Source: Vicugna vicugna
Taxonomy: Eukaryota
Direction of reading: 5' to 3'
Length of the DNA: 64,000 nt
Assembly (NCBI GenBank): GCA_013265495.1
Contig: MU058824.1
Span: forward strand, 4,553,111 to 4,617,110
Positions 1 to 12,200 of this stretch are shown in pieces. The notes under the pieces are model-generated. The model was not told where the DNA came from. It saw only the letters and a list, made by a program, of their open reading frames with translations, and did not search any database. Both the position numbers and the translations under genes were made by a program. Each line of letters starts with the position of its first letter. The stretch's first letter is position 1.

Positions 1-737
1 CCTTCCTGTTAATAAAACGTTTCGTACTTTCTGTGACTTTTTTTCCTCTTTGGTTTCCTTTTGTGGTTTCCCAACCCTGGTTCTCGGGAGGTCCATAAAA
101 GGATATGCATTTTCAATTATAAAATAAATCACCAGTTCCCAGGACGCAGCCCTCTGGCTTCAGAATTTCAGGGCTGATTTCAGGTACCAGGTAGGGGGGC
201 AGATCTCAGGGGTGGGCTCCCTAGGATGTGCTCGATCGTGTAAGTGGCAGAGTGGCTCACTGGGGGAACAGATAAGGAGCGGTTTGTAGAACTGTCCACT
301 TGAGGGAGCTGCTTCCTCTGGTGGCAATAGAACCACTTTCACAGGCATCCTGGGATAGCTTGAGTTCTCCAACACTCTGTTCACGATAAAGTCCAGTGGT
401 AATTCAGTTCACCATGTAGATCAGAAGAGCTGGCCCACCACGCTGCCCAACACTGCTGGGTCACTCACTCTCCGGACCTCTCCTTAGCTCCATCCTGTGG
501 GTAGAGTCCAGCTGAGCTCTCAGGGGTCAGAGCTGACTCCCACCTGGTCTCATCACTGTGGGTCTCCCAGGCTGGAGGGCAGGGCAAGCCAGAATGGGAT
601 GGGAAAGGAAGTCTGCGGACAAAGGCAGGGAAGGACAGGAATGCCACGCTTGGAGGAGTAGATCACCAGGGAAGGCTTGCTGTGGGGGCAGGTGAGTCTG
701 ACCCACTAGCAGAGCAAATTCTGGGGGCTGTTAGGCC

Positions 738-965
738 TCACATGAAGGTCCAGAAGTCCCGGGCACCCGCCACTGGCTGGGCGTGGCAACTTGGCCCCGT
801 GAAGAGAGAAGCCTCCTGGCGAAACGTGGCCACTGTAAAGCTGCGGCCTGGGCCCCCCTGAAGATCCTGGGCCCTCGAGTCACAGCTAAAGCAGCAAAGG
901 ACGCAGGTGATGGCCACGGTGACCACGAATAGCACGGCCACCACTCCGATCACTGCGGATTCCAT
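738..965 (-). CDS. SPAAR: Small regulatory polypeptide of amino acid response (SPAR, LINC00961 microprotein), 75-aa form
   Basis: [33 protein letters not shown]...RQEASLFTG...DFWTFM closely matches recalled human/mouse SPAR. N-terminal TM helix, strong Kozak GCCATGG, adjacent to HRCT1. Confidence 0.96.
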   Translation of the reverse strand: MESAVIGVVAVLFVVTVAITCVLCCFSCDSRAQDLQGGPGRSFTVATFRQEASLFTGPSCHAQPVAGARDFWTFM

Positions 966-1309
966 GGCCCCACGTGGCAGCTGACCCCCTGAGCAACCTG
1001 GGGTGTGTCTTGGAGGCTTAGCTCCCCATCCGAAGTGGGGTGGGAGTCTCTTGGTGACGGCAAGTACCCTTGATCCTCTGGCCGCTCTCCCTGTGGTCTT
1101 CTAAGAAGACACTGGTCTGAGGCCTTGGCTCGTGCCCCTGCTGGATCGCTGGGCACCCCCCATGGCCCTATCCGACCTCAGAGTGTCTCTGTCACCATTT
1201 TCTAAGCCTTAGGCCAGGCTTCTGAGAGCTGTGGGCAACTCCGCTGGCAGCTCTGGAAGAAGTGCTGACCTGAGAGACGTGAGCTCAAGACTCTCTGGAC
1301 GCGGAGGAG

Positions 1310-1820
1310 CTGGAAGGAGAGGGCAGAAGACTTTGCTCAGAGGGAGCCTCGCTAACCCGGCCCTCTGGTGACGCCTCAGGATTTCAAGAGAGTTCATCGC
1401 TCAGACAAAAGACAAACTACTCCCCCTCTTGTGGATCCGGGATGAGCCCAGGCTCCTCCCCAGGAGGAATAGTGGGCTAGTCCTGGGATCAGCCTATCTG
1501 CGCCTCCCGAGGCCCTGGCCCGGGGCTGGGGGCAGGGACGAAGGTGGGGAGAGGCAGTGCCAGCTCCGGGCAGATGCGGGGAGCACTGCTAGGTCACCAC
1601 AGGTGCCCGTTTCACTTGGCCTCCTTTTCTGCACGGGGTGGGCGACCCTGTTTAGATGGGGTAGGTCATGCTCTGGGCGGGATATCTGAGCCCTTTCAGT
1701 GACTGCTGCAGGCTCCTTAGTTTCGAGGTTCCCGAGAAGCCCTCCTCTGCACCAGCCCCCAGCCCACCCCACTCCAACCCCCCTCCTTGCTGCCCGCTGC
1801 TCACAGATGTGAAAACTTAC
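1310..1820 (-). other. SPAAR: Predicted 5' UTR intron of SPAAR
   Basis: Strong donor GGG|GTAAGT at 1820-1815 and acceptor tcttctgccctctccttccag ending at 1310. Motif-based only. Confidence 0.55.
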
Positions 1821-4800
1821 CCCAGGCTCCCTGAGGGACTGCTCAGCTGTATATCACACCGTGGCCAGGAGTCAGGCCATGGCATGTTCATCCCTGGGTG
1901 CTGCAGCCTTGGGCCTGCCTGAGACGAGGTTCTGAGCCGTCTAAGCGGCTGTGACACTTCCTGAATTCCTTCCTCCAATTGTGAGTGAGGGCCCAGGACC
2001 CGCACAGCTGCTGGACCCCTTGGTGTCTGTACTCACGCCACCCCACCCCACCCCCACGCACTCCCTGCAACTCCAGCCCTGCCCCTGCCAGGGTCTCCCC
2101 TTTCCCGGGTCAGCATGGGGTGTGGGCCAGACCCAGGCCACTGAGTAAGTCTGCCAGAAGGGGCTTCATCCTGACTGTCACTGGGTCACAGCCCTTCCAC
2201 AACCAACACTTCCTGAGACCACCACCCTGTCCAGAAAGGAGGCTGGGTGATGAGCCCCACTTTACCCAAACTCAGAGAAAGGGAGTCGTGAGAAACTAAT
2301 TCCAGGTGCTAGACACAGCCAGGCATTAGCTCACGTAATGGTTCCGGCAACACTGTGAAGTGATATTATCTCCATTTCACAGAGGATGTCACATAAATAG
2401 TTACAGAGGTTAAATGACCTGCCCACGGCCCATTGCTAGTTAGTGGTGAGAATTAAAGCACCAAATGGCCAGGGAGGGGCTTCCCTTCCTCCCCTGCTAG
2501 TTCAGTGCTCTCTCCAGGTACCACAGGTCCACAGAGCAACTGCCTCATCCTGCGGTTTCACTGATGAGCGTGCAAAGGCTCAGAGAGGGCCAAGGGCTAG
2601 CCCAAGGTCACACTTTTCAGTTTCTCCAAGAACCCAGTCAACTTTCTTTAGCAGCAGTTTTAGGAAACTGCCTACACACAGAATGGGAGAGTGACTCTGT
2701 GGAGTGAATGATACTCTACCAAACTCTCACTCTTTCCTTTTCTAAGATGACTAGACAACCTGGGCTCAGGGCTCCCCCTCCATGTGGGCCAGCTGGGGCT
2801 GTGACAGGAAGCTGGACATCTTGAATTATTTGTATTAACCAGGGACCAGAAACAGGAGGCAGGAACCATGCTGAGCCAAACTGTGGGGCCTGTGGTTTCA
2901 GACTGAATTACCGAAGTCAGTTACTCAATTTAGGAGACGGAGGGCTCTGGGGCCACTGCTTATCCTAAGGGTTTTTTCCTGGCATCGTCTCTTCTTCTTG
3001 TGACATTTGTAATCCTGTGATAGGCAGTCCCTGCCCATGAGCCCCAGACACAAGGAGGCTCCCAGATATATCTACTACTCAGGTACACATCTGTCCTTCC
3101 GGCACCCATCTTTGTCAACTGACCAGAAAAGAGGCCACACCCTGTAAATTCCTCTTATACCAATAGGGAAAAAGGTGGTGACAGGCATCCTGGTTCCCCT
3201 AGAGGCTCGAGGCCACACTTAGGAAAGGCAGGCCATCTGAGGCAGACATGGGGCTCTGCAGACAGATGAGGGGGAGGAGAGGGCCAGGCCAGCGGGCCAC
3301 AGACCTGCACAGGCCTCCAACACTGGGGACTTGGGGTGGGAGCACGAGCCCCTTCAGCCAGGCCCCAGGAGCTCAAAGGCCTAATCTTTGCAGGGTCTTA
3401 CTGCTCTACTTGGTGTCCCTTGAGCCCCAAACTTCTGGCAGTGGTTATTCCAACCACATTTACTTTTCCAGAGAGCTTGAGGCTCTGAGACTCCTTCCTG
3501 ACCATCTGTTGTGTGGGCTGGTTCTATGTGGGGGGAGCGGGGAGCCCTCAAAGAGTTCTCATATCTACGAGGGCAGGGGACTTTCAATTCCGCCAAAAAC
3601 CTCTAGGGAAAGAGAGTGTGGTCAGTGCGCCAACAGAAACAGCAATAACAACAACAATAATGATAAGAAATCAGAAACGCATTGGAGTGAGCAACAAATT
3701 CTTCTTGGGCAAAGACACAGAGAGGGGAAGGTTCAGGGTGTTTTCTGGCCCTGAGGATTGGAGCAGTGTGAATAGGACCAAAGGAATCAGACCGGGGGCC
3801 TTGAATGGCCAGCCAAGAGGCAGAGACTTGCCCCAAGGGCAATAAGGAGGTTGCATTGTAGAGGTGTTTCGTGAAGGGCCAGGGCTGGTGCTGGGCAGAC
3901 TCAGAGGGGCTGTGGCTGGAGTCCAGGCTGGGAAGCCACAGGGGATGAGGGAGGGGAGGTGGATTCAGACAGCGCTGTAGACCCAGGGTCCACTTTCCCA
4001 AGTCAGAAATCTAGAGTGGCTGTCCCTCCCTCTCCCCGGCACCCTCCTCCTACCCCAGCCCTCCCAGAGAATCCACCGGGAAATAGAAAAGAAACAGGAC
4101 ATTCTGTTCCAGTGAGTCACCAGGCCCTTGACTTCCTGGCCTGTTCCCGAGCCCCTCCCCACCACCTTGCCTGGCCCCCAAGCCTCTTCCCGCACGCCCC
4201 TCCCTCACTTCCCACCCCAGCTCACAGGAGTTCCTTCCTCACTGAAGGCCCCAGAACAAGATTTCCATCCTTGCTGTGGAATTCTGCCAGCTATTCCAGG
4301 CTATTTGGAAACATGTCTCCAGGCTTTGGCAAGAAGTTTCTGTTATCTATCCCATTTTAAGGAAGAGGAAACTGAGACTCCAAGGAGGCAAGCACTCCAC
4401 CAAGGCCACCCAGCACCCCATTCTCCCTCTCAACCACACCACCACGCAGACATAGGCACTGGCGGGGACAGGCTAGCTGGAGACTCAAGGCTTGGGTGAG
4501 AAACTCTGACCCAGTTACCAAGGAAACAGTGAATCCAACACAGCCCACGAGTAGGGCCACTGCAGGTCCACCGCTCAGTCTGCCCTAGAGATGGGCTGGA
4601 AAGAGGACTGGAGATAGAGTGCCGGGGGACAGCCTGCTGGCCTCCCCTGTCCTCTCTGAGCCCCTGGACCATCTCACAGGACCCCAGAGCCCCACAAGTA
4701 CATAGAGAGCCCTCTCTGGGCAGGGCTGCATGCAAACCTTAACTCCTCTCCCAGGTCTCAGGCCCTACGGCATCTCACCTACTGTCCATGGAGCCCTGCA

Positions 4801-4954
4801 GAGTCACCCAGTCTCCCCTACACACAGCTTTCACCAGGCACTTACTTCCTACCAGAGAGGAAGGTCCAGGGCAATGCAGACGCAGGCCTGGCCACTCTCT
4901 CCCTCCCACTTGAGTTACAATCAAGAGCCTCTTCACAAAAGCCTCTTTGTGGTT

Positions 4955-4960
4955 TTTATT
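4955..4960 (-). terminator. HRCT1: Polyadenylation signal AATAAA for HRCT1
   Basis: TTTATT on the plus strand about 375 nt downstream of the HRCT1 stop. Confidence 0.7.
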
Positions 4961-5334
4961 CTCTTATATTAAGACACCATTGAATTGACTGCAGCCTCAT
5001 ACCACCTTCTGTAAATGAGAGGGCATTGCCAGGGCCCCTCCCAGCTTCTGGCCCGGCCAGAGGCCTAAGAATTTGGAGAGAGCAAGGTGCATCTTCTGTG
5101 CATCTGTACACACCAGAGCACTGGACAGGGAGTCACTTCCAGTGTCCAGTGAGAGTTACAGTCACAAGGTGGTGTCCACCCCAAAGGACCACCCATCGTA
5201 CACTGGGGCAGAGTATGCAAATGAAGTCCAAGCAGACCCCGGTGTTCACCGGAGAGGCACCCTTCTGCACGGGAACTTTGGGGTCCACTTGTCCTGGTGA
5301 TGGTGGGACAGGCAGCAGCTGTCGTTCACAGGCA

Positions 5335-5937
<603 letters not shown>

Positions 5938-6046
5938 CTAGGGCCCCCATCCCTGCCACCTAGCCAAGTCACTAGGCCAGCCCCTTCCCCACCCTGGGCC
6001 TCAGCTCCCTCCTATTTCAGAGACAGTACAGAGTAGCAATTGAGAA

Positions 6047-6456
6047 TGTGGGTTCTAGAACTGAGGTGGGAAGCCCCATGAAAAGACTGGCAGGACCCCC
6101 AGGCAGGGCCACTACTTTCCCACCGGCCCCAACCATTTCCCTGGCCTGGCAGCATTATCTCACTTTAGTGTTTCTGTAAAACTGCTTGCTTCTAAGAGGG
6201 TGAAACTTACCCTTAAGATTCTATTGGTTCCCAAAGCTCACTCCTGATCGGTCCATTTCTAACACCTTATTTGCATATGATGTTGCAAAATGTTGCAAGG
6301 TCTTGACTGGTAGCCTATAAAAGCCTGTGTAAACCTATAGACGGGGTCCAGAACTTGGAGTGTTAACTCCTCTGGGCCCACCAGCATAATAAACCTGAGT
6401 TCTCCAACCTTCTGAGTGTCGCTTGGTGTCTCGCCAGGATCCAGGTTGCTGTAACA
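6047..6456 (+). mobile_element. Solo endogenous retroviral LTR (MER21-like)
   Basis: ATTGG, octamer ATTTGCAT 6269-6276, TATAAAA 6316-6322, AATAAA 6388-6393 and terminal TGTAACA 6450-6456 in LTR order. The 5' boundary and family are approximate. Confidence 0.65.
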
Positions 6457-8149
6457 CTCTGCTGTGACACTTTGCTGTAACAGAACCACATGACTCACTA
6501 GCCCTGTGACTGGGCACAAGTTTCCTAAGCTCTCAGTGCCTCAGTTTCCTTATCTGTAAAATAGCTAGTACAAGTATGTTTCCTCATAGGGTTTTCTGAG
6601 GAGTTAAGATTTATCAAGCACTTAAACCAGTTCCTGACACCTGTTTGGCATCAGCGATATTGCAGTGGGGTTTGGGCGAGGAGACTTGGGAGACTTGGTC
6701 ATCTGCGAGTCTGTGGCTCCCTGTCCTGCAGTGCAAAGAGGCCTCCGGCTCCAAGTCAGTTTCTGTTGAGCAAACCATCCTGCACTTCAGGAGCTCGGGC
6801 AGGCCCTGCCAGCAGATTTTTATCATCCAGGGAGGCTGAACAACTGTCTCTGGCTCCTCATTCCTGTCGGGTCTGGGAGGAAGATGGTCTGGGTGTGAGC
6901 CCAGGGCTGCAGGAGGCAGGAAGGGGGCCGCTGAGGTCAGAGAGGTCGGGACTGGGGCCTCCTCCTGACTCCCAGTCAGCAGGCTCAACTGGCCATAAAC
7001 GGAAGGCTCCTTTCTCTGTCCCACCCTCCCTGCCCAGCAGTGGTGACATGCCATTCCCGCCTGGTGGAGAATTTACAGAGTGGGCAGGACTTGAGCAGTC
7101 ACAGACCCCCCTCTCCCACTCCTGGTCCTGAATCCTCTGTTCATCCTAGACAAGCAGTTATCCATCCCACCCACACATGCAGGGACGGGCGCCCACTATC
7201 TCCCTGGGCAGCCCTTTCTGTTGGGCAGTTCTCACAGCTCTTCCGCACACGCTGCAGGGCCTCCCCAGAGCCCCAGCTCTGCGTCTGATTCTACGGATGC
7301 CCAGGGTGGTGGGGTGCCTCCACAGTGAGCCCCTACCCTGCCCCTTCCTCTGCTTTTCCTCTTGCCACCCAGAGGGATGTTTCCAGCAGCCCACCTCTGT
7401 GTGACCTTGGCAAAGTTCCTCCCCTGCAGTCTGTTTCCTCCTCTGGAAAAGTGCTAGGGCAAGAGGTGACTTCTAGGACTCTCCCTCTGTGAGCTCAATT
7501 CAAGATGAGCCCTCTTAGGGAAAATCTCCTCTGGATGAAAAGGCCAAACTTTCCCTTCAACCAAATTGGGCTCAGGGGACAGCAGGTCTAATGAGTCATG
7601 GGGCCTTCACCCTGGGGATTGAGGGTGGAGGGAAGAAGACACTTGAACTTGTAATGACGCTCAAGTGAGAACTCCCTCCGATAGCTTCTGGAGCCCTAGG
7701 AGCCCAGCTGCCTTCCCTGGGGGCCTGTTAAGGAGGGAAGTCTGCTAGAAGGAGGAGGGGGAAGAGGGCAAACAGAGAACTTTCTCCTTCGGAGCTCATC
7801 CAAGGAAACTCCCACTCCCACACCAGCCACTGCAGGGCCCTAGTAACCGGCAGCCATGCAGAACTCCTGTCAGCACAAAGGGCCTTTTGGAATCACCCAG
7901 ACCCAGCCCTCGCTGCGAGTTGGAGAAACTGAGGCCAGAGAAGGGCAGGAACTTGCCTAAGCTGCCTCAGCTTTGTACAGCAGGTCATCAATACAGCATG
8001 ATTTCTACAGTGAGGCGGCACCCAGAGTGAGTGTTTGATATCAGCTGGGGACCATTCACACAAGTAACAGTGAAAGGATGTGGGAATGTGGAGGACTCTA
8101 GCGGGGCAGGGATTTGGGGGAGAACCCCCACCTCCCCACAGTGCACATT

Positions 8150-8284
8150 ATTTTCTTTCTTTTTCATTAATTTCTTAATTTTTATTTTTTAAATTTATTT
8201 TTTGAATAGAGGTACTGGGGATTGAACCCAGGATCTCATGCATGCTAAGCATGCATTCTACCACTGAGCTACACCTCCATCCCC
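8150..8284 (-). mobile_element. tRNA-derived SINE (Vic-1-like, camelid)
   Basis: Reverse complement reads TAGCTCAGTGGTAGAATGCATGCTTAGCATGCATGAGATCCTGGGTTCAATCCCCAGTACCTC (A and B boxes) plus an A-rich tail. Confidence 0.85.
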
Positions 8285-8904
8285 CACCCCCTACCACAAG
8301 GTTATTTTCTTAACTGCAGGGTCACTCCCCATCTGGATAGAAGATGGAATCCCAAGGTGGGCATTTGATCTGATGCTTTGGGCACTCAGGGGCAGATGTT
8401 GAGGCCACAGTCTTCCAGGACTTCACAAGTGACCAAGCTCTTCTTTGAGGGCTTGCAGCTCTGATGACTTTAGAGGATGATGGGTGGCTGTGTCTAGGGA
8501 TTCCCTGCCTCAGAAAAGGCTGATTCCCTGTCCTGTAGCGTTGTTGTTGCATTTCTCCCATAGGGTCAGGGCTTCTGCCCATTCCACAAGCAGGCTTCTG
8601 AGCTGAGGGGCAGGAGTTCCAGACCATACATCCAGCTGATGGGTCAGCCTTTTGGAGTTCATATCATTAGCTTCATGTCCATACTTTCCAGGGTGCACAG
8701 ACCTCTGGCTGTACTTATACGCATGCATACACTTGAAAACCAACATTGCACTGCAAGAAAACTCCTGCACCAAGAATTGCGTGTGTGCATACTTATGCAC
8801 AAGTGCACACAAGTTCCCTAAAAGCTCACAGACTTATGCTTGTATTAGCTGCAAGTGGTTTTTCGCTGTCCAGAGACAGCAACCATTGTTTTCCCTAATT
8901 GGTG

Positions 8905-8928
8905 GCACCACCTAGCGGTGACACTGTA
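8905..8928 (-). promoter_or_regulatory. Candidate CTCF site (core plus upstream module)
   Basis: Minus strand TACAGTGTCA-CCGCTAGGTGGTGC resembles the CTCF core CC(A/G)SYAGRKGGCRS with one mismatch, preceded by a TGCAGT-like upstream motif. Confidence 0.55.
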
Positions 8929-9599
8929 AATAAATCAGTTTTGTATTCTGACCTGTCAAAAGTTACAGTTTCCTGATCTTTTCTTATAGATCATAATTTA
9001 AACCCATCTGTTCCAAATCCTGGTCCAGAAACTTCAAGGAATTTCTACAAGATACAGTGCAGATGGAACCAGACCGATGGGTGACTAAGGGAGAGCATCC
9101 CTGGGAGGCAACGGAGGGGTCGCCCCAGCAGAGCCACCCTAAGCCCCACGACAGACAGCCAGGACTAGGCATTAGGATGAGGTCGGCACAAGTAGGAAAC
9201 AGGCTGGGTGATGTTGGGAACTACACAAGTGTCTGCTTGCAGAGCATTTGGCCAAGATTTAGCCCACCTCTGATTTGCACAGAAAAGCAGGGACATTGGC
9301 CAGCAGGTTCCTAACCTGTACACTCATGCCAGCTAGAGAAAGGAGACGCTCCTCCAGCTAACCTTGGGCTGTCTCCGTAAATACTGGAAAGAAGTTGCCT
9401 AGCACAGCGGCTAACTTCTCTCTTCAGTAGCCCTCCCTGCACTAATCATGGCCAACTGGACACCCTCACATAGAAAACTAAGCCACAAACAATCAGGCTT
9501 TTTTTTTCTTTCTTTCTCCATTGCCCAGAACCAATACGCTTGAAAATAATCTGCATAATCTTTTCTAGAACCATTTCAAATTCCAATCCCAAACACACA

Positions 9600-12200
9600 G
9601 AGATCTGGGTAGGTCCCTCTACAAAGTGAGCAAATAGAGAAAAAAGATTACATATATGAAAAAAGATTTAAAGGTATTGTGTCCTCATTACTAAGGTTGC
9701 TAGAATCTTAAAAACAGAGACTTAGTAAAATTTCCGAATTTATATTCTAAGTAATATTCAAAGGGTTAATCCATATGTGAATTTGGGAAAATATACAAAA
9801 CAGGAAATTTACTTTCACATCAAAAACCAAATCAAGATAGACTGCTTTGAGAACCCTCCCCATAACTCTGAAAGAAAAGAGAGATAAAAAAGAAAGGCCC
9901 AGGAAATCAAATACAGTTGATCCATAAACAATGTAGGGGTTAGGGGGGCCGCCCCCACGCAGTTGAAAATCCCCTGTAACTTTACAACTGGCCCTTGGTT
10001 CCGGGATTCTGCATCTGTAATTCAACCAACCACGGATCGTGTAGTACCTCGTGTAGTACTGCAGTATTTAGTATTGAAAAATATCTGTGAGTAAGTGGAC
10101 CCACACAGTTCACACCTGTGTTGTCCAAGGCTCAACTGTATACCTATATAATCGACATTCCAGAAGTAGAGAACAGAGCCCATGGAGAAACAATCATTAA
10201 AGAAATAAATTGTCCACCTGAAAAATTGTCTTTAGATTAAAAGTCACATTGAATCCTAGGCAAACTATTTGAAGAGGCCAGGCCAGACCATGGAGGTATT
10301 TCCAGGTAAAAATTTTAACATTAAAAATGTTAAGTGAAAAAAAGTATAAAGGACAGCACAATGGTACAGCCACCATGGAAACAGTTTGGCAGTTTCTTCA
10401 AAACTAAATCCACTCTACCATATATGATCCAGCAATCCCACTCCTTTGTGTTTACCCAGAGGAGTTTAAAACTTATGTCCACACCAAAACCTGCACATAG
10501 ATGTTTGTAGCAGCTTTATTCGTAACTGCCAAAATTTGAAAGCAACCAAGATGTCCCTTCAGTAGGTGAATGGATAAATTAAGGTAAAGCCAGATAATGG
10601 AATATTATTCAGCACTAAAAAGGAATGAGCTATCATGCCATGAAAAGACATTGAGGAATCTTAAATGTGAGTTACTAAGTGAAAGAAGACAATCTCAAGA
10701 GGTTCCATACTGTATTATTGCAACTGTATGACATTCTGGAAAAGGCAGAACTATGCAGGCAGAGGGATCCATGGTTGCCAGGGCCTAGCGAGGAGAGAAC
10801 GGTGAGTTGGTGGAGCTCAGAGGATTTTTAGGGCAGTGAAACTATTGTGTCTGTTGCTATAATGGTGATACATGTCATTATATATTCATCAAAATCCATA
10901 GAACGGACAGCACCAAGAATGAACCCAAGTAGACTATGGACTTTGGGTGACTATGACATGTCAATGGAGGTTCATCGATTGTAACAAATGTACCCAGTGT
11001 GGCTGTTAATAGTGAGGAAGGCTGTCTGTATGTGGGGCCAGGAAGTATTTGGAAACTCTCTGTACCTTCCATTCAAGTTTGCTGTGAACATAAACTGCTA
11101 TAAAAAAAAATCTATCTTTAAAAAAAGAATAAAGAAAATAATCCTACAAACAACAGGAGCTTTTTAAACCATTTCAAAGAATAGAGAAAGGAAGAAACCT
11201 TTAAAAGTGTTTAAAATTTATATAATTTACTTTATACAACTAGCCTAACCCTGATACCAGCCCTGGCAACCATAGCACAAAACTTCAAAAAGGTTAAAAA
11301 ATAAGTAACATATGTATAACCCTAGCAGAATATTGAGAGACAAACTACTCCAGAAACAAGTAAAGTTCATTTCAGGAATGTTGAGTGGTTCGACGTTTTT
11401 AGAAAGCTATTGTTGTAATTAATTAAATAAATAGGTGCAAAAGTAGAACCATGTAATCATCTCAACAGATGGCCAAAAGACATTTGACAAAATTCACTAA
11501 GGATTCCTGATAAATTATGTAAGTGAACAACAACAAAAATATACGTGTGCTATGAGAAGAATACTCTCTTAACACAATCAACAAAAATACCTCAAACAAG
11601 CAGCAGACATCACGATTAAAGATTAAGCAGCACGGACATTCCCATTCGAATCAGAAACAAGCAACTACTCTCACTACTGTCATTTAGCTTAGTATAATTA
11701 AACAAAAGCATAAAATAAAAGGTGGAAGTACTGTACTAGGTAACTGCATATCTAGAAAACTTAAAAGAATATGCCAGAAAACTATTCACTCTAATAAGAG
11801 TTCAGTGAAGAAAAATTTTAAATAAAAATACAAAAAGTAGTGACTTTCCCACATAATAGAAACTTAGTCAAAAACAGAATAAGTGCATCAGTAAAACTGG
11901 CAACAAAAATATGAAATGTCTAGGAATAAATTGAAAAAGAGTGCTAATAGGTGGGGAAAAGACACCCTGTTGCTGAGGGCTGTGAAGAAAAACCTGAAAA
12001 CTGGAGGGAGGCGCGTGTGTGTGAAGGGGAAGAGCCCCCACTGTAAGTCCATGTTAATCATGTGAATCCTAATCGTGTGATCAATATTTACAGGCATCTG
12101 TTGAATGACTATACAAGTGATAAAGGTGATTTTTTAAATTACCTTTCAAAAGGTAAATTTTGAAAATAAACCTGCTTTTTTATTTTGCCTGTCTAAACAC
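9600..12200 (+). mobile_element. Old fragmented LINE-1 region, including an L1M 3' end at about 10350-11125
   Basis: A-rich plus strand with L1 hallmarks (ggaaacagtttggcagtttc, ccagcaatcccactcct, atcatctcaacagatg...catttgacaaaattca). Boundaries approximate. Confidence 0.75.
9914..10138. mobile_element. TcMar-Tigger MITE (MER8/Tigger2-like)
   Basis: Terminal inverted repeats CAGTTGATCCATAAACAA and TTGTCCAAGGCTCAACTG flanked by TA on both sides. Confidence 0.8.

Noticed and set aside
3248..3754. 168-aa plus-strand ORF with a poly-Asn run
   Set aside because: The poly-Asn comes from an AAC/AAT microsatellite, and there is no recognisable homology.
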